DNA from: Selaginella moellendorffii
Lineage: Eukaryota > Plantae > Lycopodiophyta
DNA: 64,000 bases
Direction of reading: 5' to 3'
Assembly: GCF_000143415.4 (NCBI RefSeq)
Contig: NW_003314268.1
Span: 3,480,559-3,544,558, forward strand
Below are positions 51,150 through 64,000 of the stretch, piece by piece (positions within the stretch are counted from its first letter, which is position 1; each line of letters opens with the position of its first letter). Both the position numbers and the translations under genes were made by a program. The notes beneath the pieces are model-generated. The model was not told the DNA's origin. It saw only the letters and a program-made list of their open reading frames with translations, and did no database searches.

Positions 51150-52007
51150 GGGCAATTTGGCCACACTGTCCAGTCCAAAGGCATGCTCTCCCTCTATCCT
51201 CTCAAGATCATTGACACAGGCAACAGGACCATCTTGAGATTTGTTCTGGAGGAGCAAAAGGTGGCAGGTCCTGGCTTTGTAGCGGCCTTCAAATGCATCA
51301 AGAGTTTCCTGTGCTTCTACTTGATCAAGAGCAAGATTTGGAGGAGAATGCCAGCTCCATCACCGGCTTGCTGGGACGAGCTCGTAGCGGCCAACGCCAC
51401 ACTGGTTTTGCTAAAGAGGAACTTGAAAGGCGCTGGCTTGGAGTTTGCTGTTCATGTCTGGAGCTCCAAGCTTGTAGGTTTCTCAAGGACAAGGCCTCCA
51501 TCACGGGCTTCTGGGTGAGTGATGCAGTCAACGACCTTCCAAGTTTCAACATTGTCTGTGTCAAGCATGAGAACACCTATGTCTCTACTTCCCAGAGTGG
51601 ATCCTGAAGAAAGTCATAATACCTGAGCTTGGTGGATGCTTTGCTCTTGCAGAAGCACACAGCTGGCCAGGGAAGTACTTCTGGCACCTGGAAGACAACT
51701 GCTTTGAGCTGCAAGGGCTGCTGACTGGTTAGTGCTCGTCAAGTTGGAGTGTAGTTTTTGGTTCCAGGCCAGAGGATATCTCTCAAGAATAGGGACTGGA
51801 TAGAGGCTATGTATATGGGTGCTGGTGACTTTGGAGACCTCAAGGTTGTCCGAGATGGAGATAGCAGCCAAAAGTGTGCTAAACTTGCATTGGAATAAGT
51901 GGAGTGGCATTGCCAGGAAGACAATGGAAGTGATTCTTCACAGAGTGTATGCTCAGTACAAGAGTGTGTTGGCCATGAAGAATCTCCAGGCAGGAAATAG
52001 ATTATAG
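51150..52007 (+). pseudogene. Fragmented former coding sequence of unknown family
   Basis: GC-balanced island in AT-rich DNA with overlapping partial ORFs interrupted by stops and frameshifts; no recognised motif. Confidence 0.3.
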
Positions 52008-52519
52008 TGGAGGTTGTGGGATCATTGTCATGGTTAATCACTATTGTGGTTATTAATTGGTTGTGAAAGTGTTGAATGGCTAATTAGTTCATAATTTTTT
52101 TTTATAAAAAAAAATTTAATAAAATTAAACTACTAAAATTAAAAAAACCAAAGCATTAGAAATCAACTACTATTTATTTTCTTCCATATCTTCGACAACT
52201 TCCTTAACATTTCTGGCATTTTCCAACAATTTGTAAGTGATTAATTTTTTCATCCTACTTTAATCACCTAACCACACCCTTGACTACTTAGAGGAGTTTC
52301 ATTTACAATCTCTATGAGTTTTATTTCCAACTTAGGGACTTATTAGTCCTATAAATGGCTTTTATACCACTTTGCATTTGCACTTAGTTCAAGTGTTCCA
52401 CATATCTAATCCCTTTATAAACACCCAAAGGTACCACTTATATATTAATGTTATGTTAAGGCCATATCCAGTCCAAGACCATCTATATTACAGATCAGTC
52501 TCCTAAAGATTGGGCTATA

Positions 52520-55500
52520 TCTCAAACTCTATTTCAGACTTGGTCTTGACATTTTCATATGTCATGGCACTTGTTATATGTTAATCTTTCTTGTGTCTCT
52601 TTTTAAAGGTTTATTCATTGATTGCTTCATATTTGTATTTCAAGCATTTCATTGGGAGTTCCACTCTCACTCTTGACTTTTCGAGTCAGATCTTATGCTC
52701 ATTGGATTCCCACTTCAACTACTACTATATAGCACACTTTTGGCTCTACTTTGGAGTTTAGGGATTTGTGTCTCACAACTCCACCACTTATAAATGAAGT
52801 TTGATATCTTCATTAAACAATATTATTTTATAAACTAACCTCATCATGGATTACCATCTTTATCCTTGGCATTAAGCCATTATTTGTTAAGGGTTCAACA
52901 TTGAAGGCTTGCCTTGCCCATCGTTTAAGGAGCTTAGTTTCTCTAATTTAAAAATTTATTAGACAATTTATGATGGTTTTCTCCCTTTTTTTGTTTAGTT
53001 CTTGCTAAATCTATTAAAGACACCTTCTTTATCTTAACTTTACTACTCATTCTAGAGTAATTTTAGCTTCTATCAATATAATTATCACACTTTTGAATTT
53101 TAATATTGACTTCTAAAGTCAAATTTTTAGGTGTTTCCGACACCTTGTATTGCATATGTTGTGCAAATTCCACTTCCCTATCCCAAAATGTTCTTTACTT
53201 GAGGGCACCATCATCCTCTTTTTTATTTTGTGCCACTTTAGGCACTAAGTTTCACTTATTTATAATTTGTGCTAAAACTATCTATAGCTCTATTATTTGG
53301 CTACCTTGTTGCTTAATCTTTTGGAGCTTTTCCCTTTATCAAATTGGAGCATTTGAGAGTTGTATCCTTGGGAAACATATTTCTTTTTATATAATTTGTT
53401 AGTATCTATTACATAGTGGTTCGTTGCTTAACTTATCATTTAGATTCCTTCTAATAACTTTCAAAGCCCATTCTTGACTATTAATTTTTTTCTCCTATCT
53501 TTTAATTGTTGCATTAAGCAACATAGAATCACTAACTTTATCCTTGAGGTATCCCTTTGGTTCCATAGCAAAAATTATGCTTTGCTAAGTTTAAAGTGTG
53601 TTCACCTCTAATAAATCTTTCTAGCATTTTTTACTATGGGTTTTATTTATAGTCTAATCTTGTAATCTTCCCATTGATCCTTCTTTAGAGGCTACTTTCT
53701 TGGACTTATAATACCATTATATTGTTACAGCTCATGTCACTTAGGTGTCCTTTTAATTTGGTCACCTTGACTAAGTCACACTATTACTAATAGTTCAAAT
53801 TAACATTTTGAACTAAGAATGTTATTCTTTAACCCAATAAAGAGCTTGTCCTTATTTAGCTGTAGGACAACTTAGTGATCTCACATTAACAGGTTTATCA
53901 ATAGAAGTCTAGTAAACCTTTAAATTGTTGACTATGACCTTGGGGGTATCCCCCACACTTGGTAATATGCCCAAATTAGCCTTTTTGGTCAAGGGTCTAT
54001 AGCAACTGAGATTAGGTGTCCCTATTTTATTCATTATGTCCTCAGTGCAACTTGCACCAGTTCAAGTTATATATACTAAACTTTCAGACTAAGCACTTTA
54101 ATGGTGCATCTTGACTCTAGGGCGTCCCCCTTTTAACAGTGTGCTCAAGCTAATGTCTTTACCAAGAGTCCATGACCATTGAAAAATTAATGTTCTCATC
54201 TCAAACCATTATTATGCCCTAGTGAGTTGGGACTCAAACCTAAGCACTAAAGGATTGAGACTTAAACCTAATTTCCATATATGCATTTATAGATGGCATC
54301 ACCCAAAATATTTAATGCTAGTGCACCAATTTATATTTAACATGTGCTACAGATCACAACTTAAGAACTTAGTTCTTCTGAACTTCCAAGTTCTCTCATT
54401 TGACAAGTTAGTTGATAAGTTTGTGATAATGTATAGACTCCTCCATACTTCGTTACATGACCACCATTTTGAAGTCAACACCTTTAATTAGAGTCTTTGT
54501 TCCTTCGGCTTGCCAATTTCACTTAACAAGTCACCCAACTAGCATAATATAGTTCTATGCGTAGGCATAAAAGTCTTCAAATATTAACTTTCATTCAAAG
54601 TTATCTTTTTGACCATTCAAGAATTATTTTACCAACCTTGATACCCTTGCCTCATGACAAGCTTCAAGACCATGCTTTTACTGCACTATTTTAATTTCAC
54701 ATATTTTTATAAACCATTTACATTTGTCCTTTTAAGTATTAATTTACCTAGAATTGTCTTTAGGAATATTGAAGGGATTTTGTTCCTTAGCTTGTTAAAC
54801 CTTCTCCTTTCATAAATTTTCTAATGGGCATATGGTTTAATATAGGCAATTGTATATTTCAGACCTCTATGGCACCATAATTGCTAATACCAACACCTTT
54901 GAACACCCATTTGATTCTCTCTAAAATGCATAACCACCCTTGGCTATGCCTTTCAATTTCTATATTTGATTCTATCATTTTGCTATTTGCTTTTGGTATT
55001 ATACATTCTATTCGATTAATTTCCTTTAGACTAGGAGGGTAGCTTTGCACTTTTTACCATGCCTTAGCAAGTATTGTTAAGGATGAACCCATTTAATAGC
55101 TTGTGATTTTTCAATTTGGATATGCTTATTTTGTAATCCTATACACTAGAATTAACCTTGCTACTTATGGGCTTCTCTATGCCCATTGCTTGCCATGCCA
55201 AAATGTTTTTAGTTTTATTTATTTAGGATAGATAAACTTATCTTATCTGTAGTTTTTGTTAACCTTAGATATTTGATAACATCTATCTATTATTCTCTAA
55301 AGAATTAGTTCTGTGGGCTTTATTTAATGCTTCTATAATACTAAACACCACTTCCTAGGTGTTTTAGAGTGTTTAGGTATCTCAATGATGGGTTTCTTTA
55401 TGATATTAACTTATATTGCAATATAAGTAATTTATCCCTTAAGAGATATATCTAACTTTCTTCTTATCCCAACAAGAAGTCTCAAGAAGTTAACTTCCAC

Positions 55501-57115
55501 CATTTCAACTAATTACTCTAAACCTTTACTTAGTTATTTCATAGTTATTAAGTCTTACAACTCATTGCTAGTGATTCCACACCTCTATTGATATTTGGTT
55601 GAAGCACTGAGGTTGCATGCCTTCTAACTTAGGCTATACAAATCCCATTTTCATTGGGATTCATTTAGCAAGGGATTCTCATGAACTAACCAACTTGACA
55701 TCATTGCTTGAAATATTTGGATGTCTTCATACTATTAGCTTTATGAGCCTACCCTCACAACACTTCCCACTTATGTCTAGGTTTTGCCAAGACCATAATA
55801 ATCTTTTTTTATGTTAACTATTAATTAGTATTGCATTATAGTATTTATATATAACTCCTTGCCAAAGTTGCTTCTTTCCATGAACACTTTACCACAATTT
55901 TAGTATAGCACCTTCTGCCATTAATGAGATACCCATTATTCTCATACTTGGACATTATGAATCTCTTAGTCTTTCATTAGATACAACACACTTTTATCCA
56001 AACATATTTCCACTAATCCTTTAGAACCATTGTTTAACTCCACTAAGTCATTCAACTTTTGGATTTTACTAATCCAACGACCTATTAGGTCTTAACATTA
56101 TTGATTACTTTTGAAGTGCCACCACACTTGAATATAACATTTTGTATTCATGTCCTATTCATAAAGACCATCTTTGCAAGTGCTTTTCCAACATTTAATC
56201 ATTCTTTATTCCATGTAGGTTATTTTTTCCCTTTAGAACTATCCTTCTATATAATAAAAACACCAACTCATCCTTTAAGCACAACCCCAACTCCTTGGGT
56301 TATTCTAACATTTATTAAAAATAACCTTAATTACCATTTTAAGGATTTATATCCTCATCTATATTTGACCTTCTATGGTTATTAACCCTAGTCTCAAATT
56401 TATGAGCATCATCCTCAACCACATGAGGATAATTTTTTGACTCCTTTATTGTTTAGGAGCCTTTATCCTTATTGTGATCCCAACTATAATTGTTTACCAT
56501 AATTACATTAGCCAATTTATTAATTTAAACGTCTATATGGATCACATCCTTAATATTTTTAAGAAAACCTTCAACTGTTCCCAAGATGCTAAAGTCATTC
56601 CCTTCTTGGCCTCTTTTTATCAACTATATTATCTAATAATTCTCACATAAACTAAAGTGGAGTCGACATACTACTTCTTTAGTATAGCCTCGCTCCTAGG
56701 ACCTTCAAATGTTAATGTCAAATGGTGATATATTTGATCAGGGATAATCACTTTGGGCTTTTATCCCATGACTTGTATTAATATTTGGACTCAGTCTCAA
56801 ACTTTGTTTCAAACTCCATCTCAAACTCAATCTTGAATCCATCTCAAACTCCATTTTAGATTCAGTCTTGACACTTCCACGTGTCATAGCACTTACCATG
56901 TGTTAATACTTCTTATGTCCTTTTTTAGAGATTCATTCATCAATCGCTTTGTACTCGTTCTTCAAGCACTTCATTAGGAGTTCCACTCCTACTCTTAACT
57001 TTCTATATTAGAGCCTTTAGCCCAAATGTGTTACATTTGTTGAACTCTTGTTTTGACTATTGCCATGTGGCACACTTTTGGCTCCACTTTTGGGCTTAGA
57101 GATTTGTGTCTCACA
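52520..57115 (-). mobile_element. Highly degenerate LTR retrotransposon, probably gypsy-type
   Basis: Diverged direct repeats about 52520-52777 and 56843-57115, both ending GATTTGTGTCTCACA; PPT-like TAAGTGGTGGAGT next to the left copy; faint RNase H/integrase-like remnants; left LTR edges uncertain. Confidence 0.65.
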
Positions 57116-57249
57116 CAATTTTTACATCTTTATTTGGAAGATTTTGCTTGGCTTGCATCTCTAAATCCTTTTTACCTAAAAATTCAAGCCTAGTTTACAT
57201 CTTAACAATGTGTCAAAATTGATTTTTAAAAATTTCATTCCTTCACTTT

Positions 57250-58730
57250 CAACATTATCCATCACTTTTGTGTTGCTATGCACATAAACTAATTTCTTCA
57301 AGTTTTCTAGAAGCAAGCGAAACTAAGACACACTTAATTGCATCAATTTTATTTACATTAAGTTTGCTATTTTGAACTACAAGCTCCAATCTTACTATTG
57401 CACCTTTGCAATTGGCATGATATAACAACTTCAAAATAAAAGTTATCATAACTAATAAAGTAGAAGCATTCTTCCAAAATTTATCGTTAAGAATTGTTGT
57501 GTAAATATCCTTGGCATCCTTTGTATTATACCACTTTGATAATTCAAATTCCACACTCACTATGAATCGTTGAATGCACAACAATACATCTTCATGCTAG
57601 AATTGGTTGACCATAAAAAAGATATAAGCAAATTAAGTCTTTAGAGGTTTTATGAGTTTTTTAGAGCAAATTTTTTAATATGAAGCAAGTAACATTTAGT
57701 TATAAATTTCACAATCTTTTCATAGTCATTTATAATCTTATAAACCTCCCAATATCCTCCAATAGCAAATCCAAAACATACCATATACATCTATTGTGTA
57801 AGATAAAGGGGAATTCTTCTATCATATATTCCCTTATCAATATATAATTTGAAGCATTATTAATTACAGCTTGAACAATATTTTCAACATGAACATCCAA
57901 AATAATTGGTCTAAACTATTCCTAAAGCCAAAGATTAGTCTTCTCTTCTTCTTTGATGTTAACACCTTGCTAAAATATCGAGCTATGGATGGAGATAACT
58001 ATGAAGTTTATAAATGATTTGCTCTTTATATCATATTATCCATAGTCATTACTATATATCCAAATTAAACCCATCCATTATGAAAGGAAATTAACTTCTT
58101 TTTGATTCGAGTATAATGATGAGTGAGTTGAGGAGTATGAAACTTTTTGTAATCATGAACCCTTGATATAACACTAGGTTCGGCACTACAAGTGGTCGGG
58201 ATCATGAAGTGAAAATACAAGTTTTTGATAACATTCAATGGTATGGTATTCAAAAAAAAAAACTTTGACATCACATCATCTAAATTTATGTATATTATGT
58301 TATTACGTATTTCCCCAATATTGCTATTTTGCATTTACTTTTGATAAAAAGATGATCCCTTATAACCTACAGAAACACTCATAGATTGAGATTGAATAAC
58401 ACTTTATATACCAACTCCAAAAGCAAATGTTTCATTAAAAAGTAAATTTTGTAGATTTATTATAGAATGTAAATCGAAAGGGGGATTTGTGATTTATTCC
58501 ACAAATATTTGACAAGTTTGTTCTTGAATATAGAGAGGAATGTTTGAAGCATTACATGCTTCATTATCATGTTTAGAAACTTTAGCAAGATTTGCTTTAA
58601 TTTATTTTAGCAGACCATGATACATTTTTCTACAATAATTACACCTCCAACACCTAATTTATTTGCCAAAAGCATAAGTAAAGAGTTTGATAACATATGA
58701 CCATACCCAATTAAGTGCCATGCTCTAACT
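57250..58730 (-). mobile_element. Degenerate hAT transposase (BED finger plus DUF659 region)
   Basis: WSY..WRCNYC BED-type finger near 58620-58710; VENIVQAVINNASNY..LDLLLEDIG; ILNDKFWKNA. Confidence 0.8.
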
Positions 58731-61499
58731 ATGCCAGAATCAATCACTATACACTAGACTTCAATCACTAGAATTGTTGCTTGCATTTTGGGGCATAAAT
58801 TAAGGTTTTTTGAGTAAAAAAAAAAAACAAAAGTAAAGCATTTCACCAAATGGCCCTCTTTAATTGTGTTATAGCCTTTCTCAATTGACATCCTGGCAAA
58901 ATGCAGTTGATACTATCACTATCACTATCTACTCAAAAAGGAAATGTTAGACCTCCACCCTTTGAGTTTAATTGTTAGAAATGATTGCTCTATAAATGTT
59001 TTCACATAACCATTATAGGAATGGAGGCTTATAAAGAATCCATAGTTAAAAAAAATGCAATAAAAAATTAAAGAAAATGAGCAAGGATGCAAAGAATTCA
59101 TACTCTAATTTTAAGGCTCTAATAACATTACAAGCCAACTACCATGACTGTACTACCCTTTGTTATATGTTTGATATTTTTACAAGAATATAGAAATGGA
59201 GAACACCCAAGTCCTAAAAAAACATAGAAGGGTAAGGTTTAACAATGATGTGGCATCTAAACAATAGCAATCAAGTTATATTATGCAAGAAAAAGGTATA
59301 GAATATGTGCCCATTTCACACAAAGGAATCCTACATTAAATAAGCTCTAGTTTTATTAGTATAAAGAGCAATTGCCAAACTTTGTTGGCCAACAAATTAA
59401 CATTATTAGGTGGGAGATATTTCTCTTTTACTGTATAAAATATTTGAAAGGTTGGATATATAGCACAGCCTTGGGGTGTAGGAGAAAGTGTGGACAACAC
59501 TAGGGAGGAAACTCTTTTTTATTGAAACTCCTTAACCATGAGCTTTCTAAGGGATATGAGAGAGGAGGCTAGCCCTACCTCTAGGGATGGAGGCCCAAGA
59601 ACTTGCATTGTTGGAGCATGGGGATAAATTATATAACATTTAAAAATTCTAAGGTTTGGGTCTATTTACTAAGAATTTGTTATTATAAATTTTACAGGGA
59701 CCTAGTCTAGGTTATATGAACTAGACACCAAGACTTATTAGTAGTACCCATCTTTCCAAATGGGTTTACTACTCACAATTTATAATATATCCCAAAGAAA
59801 AAAAATTTCAAGTCTATAGTAAAGGTCAATAATTCTCTCCATAGGTTTCTTGTGTCAAATTCCTTTAATGATTTAGCAACATCTTTGTATACTCTACACA
59901 ATAGATATTGCTGGGTCTAAAATTTTGAAGAGAGATAAAAAGAGTAAAGTGTGAGGTTTTTTGAACTTTTCTTTGTAGACATGGAGAACTTGTTCTAGTT
60001 TTTTTTTTTGAGTCTAAAATTAACTTATTTGGTTGTGAATTTCATGTATAGAAGTCTTTTTCTCTTTATCTTGTATATCAAAGCCAAATTAAGTGGCATT
60101 TCCATATAGTTGGAGATATTTTCTTTTAGTTTTCCTTGTATAAGAGTTGAGAGTATTCCCTTGGTTATTGATAAAGCAAATTTAAGGGCAAATTCAGCAT
60201 CTATAATAAATTTTTTTGTTAAATTTCAATAATAGTTCTTTCCACTCATTCCATAATTAGGCATTTATAAAGAGTTGAGTTTTACATAGGTTTGACAATT
60301 TCATAAAAGTGTTGTTCTTAGAACTTATTCTATACCTTACACTCATAAAAAGTTTTTTGACCTTATCATGAATTTGCATTCAAAGATTTTTTTAACTCGA
60401 CTTGTTCTAGAGAGAGTTCCTTAACAACTCTATCTAAATATATTTATATTCACATAAACCTTTATATTGCCAATTTATCTATGAAGAAAACATAGATTAT
60501 ATAAATCTAAAGTAAGTTAACATTTGTGTGTTATCTAAGAAAAGATTAAATTTTTTATAACATCTATTGAATATTAAGTTTTTTATTTTCTAGGGTTTTG
60601 TTTCATTTTTTTAGCATTTTTTAAACTGTAGTTTTAAGAGAGAAAATCATTTAACTATCTATAGTGAGTATGAGAAAAATTCTTTTCATTTATAAGGAAG
60701 CTCATTTACACTTATGAGGAAGCTCTTAATAATAAGTGTAAATTGTGCATGTTGTTATTGTAATGTCTTCCAAAGACAAACTTAATTATAATATTATAAA
60801 GAAAGAAGACCATCTTTAGTATTGAGCCATTCACCAAGTTCAAAACACTAATTAAGAGTAGGCATTAAACTCTAGAAAATAAGCAAATGCTACTATAACA
60901 ATCTTGTTATTGCTCAAGTTTTGATACTACAAAGGAGCAATAGAAAACCTTGAATTTAAATTAATAAAGCAAATATACTCTATTCTAAAAATAGTTATAA
61001 TAAGACTAGCTTAAAAAAATTTAACATAAGCACCTAGGTAAATATCAATACTTTCTTAAAGAAATAGTAGAGAAGCAGTAGACAAGATGGGGAAATGGAT
61101 GATAATTACAAGTGAAATAGATAAAAAAGAATTAAGTACGTATACCATTGTGACTTCATGATAAATAGAAAGTAATTTAAATTTTGATTCGAAAGATAAC
61201 TTTGCAACTTTGTGTATATGATAGATTCTTTCCAACTGACAATCAAGCACGAAAACTTGATGTGCTTGGGTTTCCACTATCAAAATACATAAATGGATTT
61301 GGTAGCAATGATAGGGTTTCAAAAAAGATTACAACATACATAAAAATAGTCAAACATTCAAAAGAATTAATAAGAGAAAGAAGTTTTCACTAAGTAAGTG
61401 TGGATATTATACTCCTTGTTTTTGGTTTTTTCTTTTTAATAAAAAGTTAATCATATGCAGGATTGACTGTATTCACAATATAGATTTTAAATAGCAAAA

Positions 61500-63100
61500 A
61501 ATACAATAAAAACCACCTATCAAACAAAACAGAAGTATAAAATGTATTTGATAGAAACACAAAAAGAATCCATCCATATGTTTTCTTGATATTGCATTAT
61601 GAATATAACATTCCATTTAAAAAAAACAGCTAAATGTATATCTTCTTGGCATTACATTATGGATATGGTATTCCATTTGAAGGAAACCACTCAAAAACTT
61701 CTTAATAGTGTGATTGATTAACATTTAAAGTGAGAGTGGTAGACTAAAATCTAACTTGCCTTGAAGGCATTATGCTACAAATTTGTCTAGAATAAAAAAT
61801 AATTAAATACAATCTATTTGACAATGCTAAAAACATGTTTGACATGTGTATGAAGAAGGAATTGTTTGTATATTAAACTTTATAGAATAAAAGTAATATT
61901 AATTTATAAAAACATTAATATTTGAAAAGACCAATTGAACATAAAAAGATTAAAATCATCATGATCTACATGTATGCATGCTAAATATATCACCAAGGCC
62001 AAAAAATACTAAATTATATTCTCTAGCATTCACATTTATGTTATCTATTGTGTTAATTCATGAGGTTGATAATATCCAAAAATCATTTTAAAAAAAATAC
62101 AGTAACTTAATAATTCACAAAAGTTTTGCAAACCATACCATGGATTAGCCTGAAACTACTTTAATTGTTTACATTTATCTACACTTACAAACACATAAAA
62201 GTTTATATTCTTAAGTTTGAAATATAATTTAAGGCAATTGCTCTTTGTTCCTCACTAGCTTTAAAAAGTGACAAATCATAAGCCTCTTGTATATTTATTC
62301 ATATATAAAGAGTTGAATATTAAGCAAGTTTGCTAAATGGTCAAATTTATGGAATTTGGGGAGTTTCCTATCAAGCATTATCTAAGGAAATCAAATGTGG
62401 TGGCAGATACTTTATCTTATTTTTGTCATATGATACCATTTGAATAAAGTGGTTAGTGAGTTTGGGTAGTTAATTAAGCATGCTTAGGCTTACAATGCTA
62501 AGGCAATCTCTTTGCAAGCTCAAATAGAAGCACATTTATGGATATGAATCTCTACTACAATGGCTGTATATTTGTCACAAGTGCATTTGTTGATTAATTA
62601 AGTTTTATTCTACTATTATAATCATCTAGAGGGGGGAAGAACATATATAACCTAATTAAGAACAATTTTTATTAGAAGAATATGAAAGTTAATATCCTTG
62701 AGTATTGCAAGTCATACAATGTGTCATATGACTTTTGTAACCTATCATTTATTTATCATGAATACAAAAGTAAAAGGAACAAATGTAGGTTATAATAAAT
62801 TTTGGTAAAGTATGTGCAATTGTTGGTTCTTTAGAAGACTTAGTTGTGGTTTATTTAGAAAAGTTTGCTGAAGGAAATTATCAGTGATTAAGACTCAAAG
62901 TTCATTAATGGAGTTTAGAAAAGTTTTGTAAAGGCTATATAAGTGATTTTGAAGCTTTTGAGTGGAAATCATCCTTAGATAAATAGACTAAATGTATGAA
63001 TTAGTTAGTGAAGGATATGTTTCCATTGATGCAATTTGCCTACAATAATAGCTAATATAGTGGTATAGTGGAACAAAACTAAAAGAAGGCATCTCAAAAT
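61500..63100 (+). mobile_element. Degenerate gypsy pol remnant
   Basis: Eroded RT-start (PPIKQ..YKM), C..C/MDF/VVV-like integrase traces and clear PLMQFAYNNS near 63025. Confidence 0.5.
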
Positions 63101-64000
63101 AAAATTGAAGTTGGGATTCCATTTAAGCAAGTTCAAAACAAAATTTGTAGATAGCTTAGGATAGGGTAGAGAAGTTTATTAATGAGCACTACCAATTCCA
63201 GAAATATGTTTTGTCTTTATGCAAGTGATTTTTATGTCCAAATGAGTGATGAAACACCTTAGTGCATTTGCGAAATGGGAAAAGTGATAGACTTTCTCAC
63301 AAATATGTTATGTGAAGTGTATTAGTGATTCAATATTTGATTTGATTGAGAAAGCCACAGAATTTGAACTGTATACTGTGAAACTTCATTGACATACCAA
63401 TCTTTAGCTTTAAACCAAAAAGGTATTGTTGCTGTTGAGTAATTTGTTAGAGCTACAAATGAAGTGTTATATTGGATTACTCTAATACTTGATATAACTT
63501 TGCAGAGTATCAAAATTTGACTACAGTTAAAAGCAGAAAAGAAGCTATTGATATTTAGATAATAAAATTATTTAAAAAATACTAAAATAAAAGCTAAATA
63601 TGTGTTAAACATTTTGAAGTCTTCAAACCCTAGTTTTATATAGACTCTAAGAACTAATTTAAAAACCTAATCTATGTCTCATCCATGTGTAAAGAAAATC
63701 TTGAGTTTAAATCTCATTAGCAGAGTTTTGGGGTTTGAGGCCTCAATAATTACAAAGAAATATTAAATACAATTACAAATTCAAGGAACCAAGAGAAAGT
63801 CTAAGTTAAGTATTCCAAAGTCCCACTTCATTTTCCAAATTAAAGCCTTGTATTCTCTGGTGGTAGAGTTGGTAGAGTGTGCTTACCAACACAACAAACA
63901 TGGATATGCTGGATGTTGCTTATTAGAATGCAAACACATTGCAGTTCCTTGGAATGTGATGTTCTAGCACAATCAAAACAAAGGCATTTTGTTTAGTGAC

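Noticed and set aside
53106-63513. Short ORFs listed in the AT-rich terminal region
   Set aside because: Chance ORFs or fragments of degenerate transposons

Overview
Eukaryotic land-plant genomic DNA with very compact genes (introns mostly 45-65 nt, spacers 50-300 bp). It carries a flagellar gene (CFAP251), so a seed-free plant is likely, probably a Selaginella-type lycophyte (inference). 875-39660 is a dense gene island: WAK/LRK10L-like kinase (frameshifted), TOP3B, a small myristoylation-motif orphan, PP2A B'', CFAP251, DUF639, F-box, AGD14-type ArfGAP, TOM1, a small plastid protein, an IQ-repeat protein, a lectin-like orphan, ferredoxin, SECA2 and NDUFB3. 40661-47173 is a full-length but decayed Ty3/gypsy element with a 4-bp TSD, a tRNA-Ala-type PBS and a tandemly duplicated RT. 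A very young 674-bp TRIM is nested in it (LTRs 161/162 identical, tRNA-iMet PBS, Pol III-like boxes). GT34 and PP1 genes follow, then an AT-rich region of degenerate gypsy and hAT elements (52-64 kb). A recurring pattern: three genes are each followed downstream by a deletion-riddled copy of their own 3' end. Exon boundaries were read by eye; spans run from start codon to stop.
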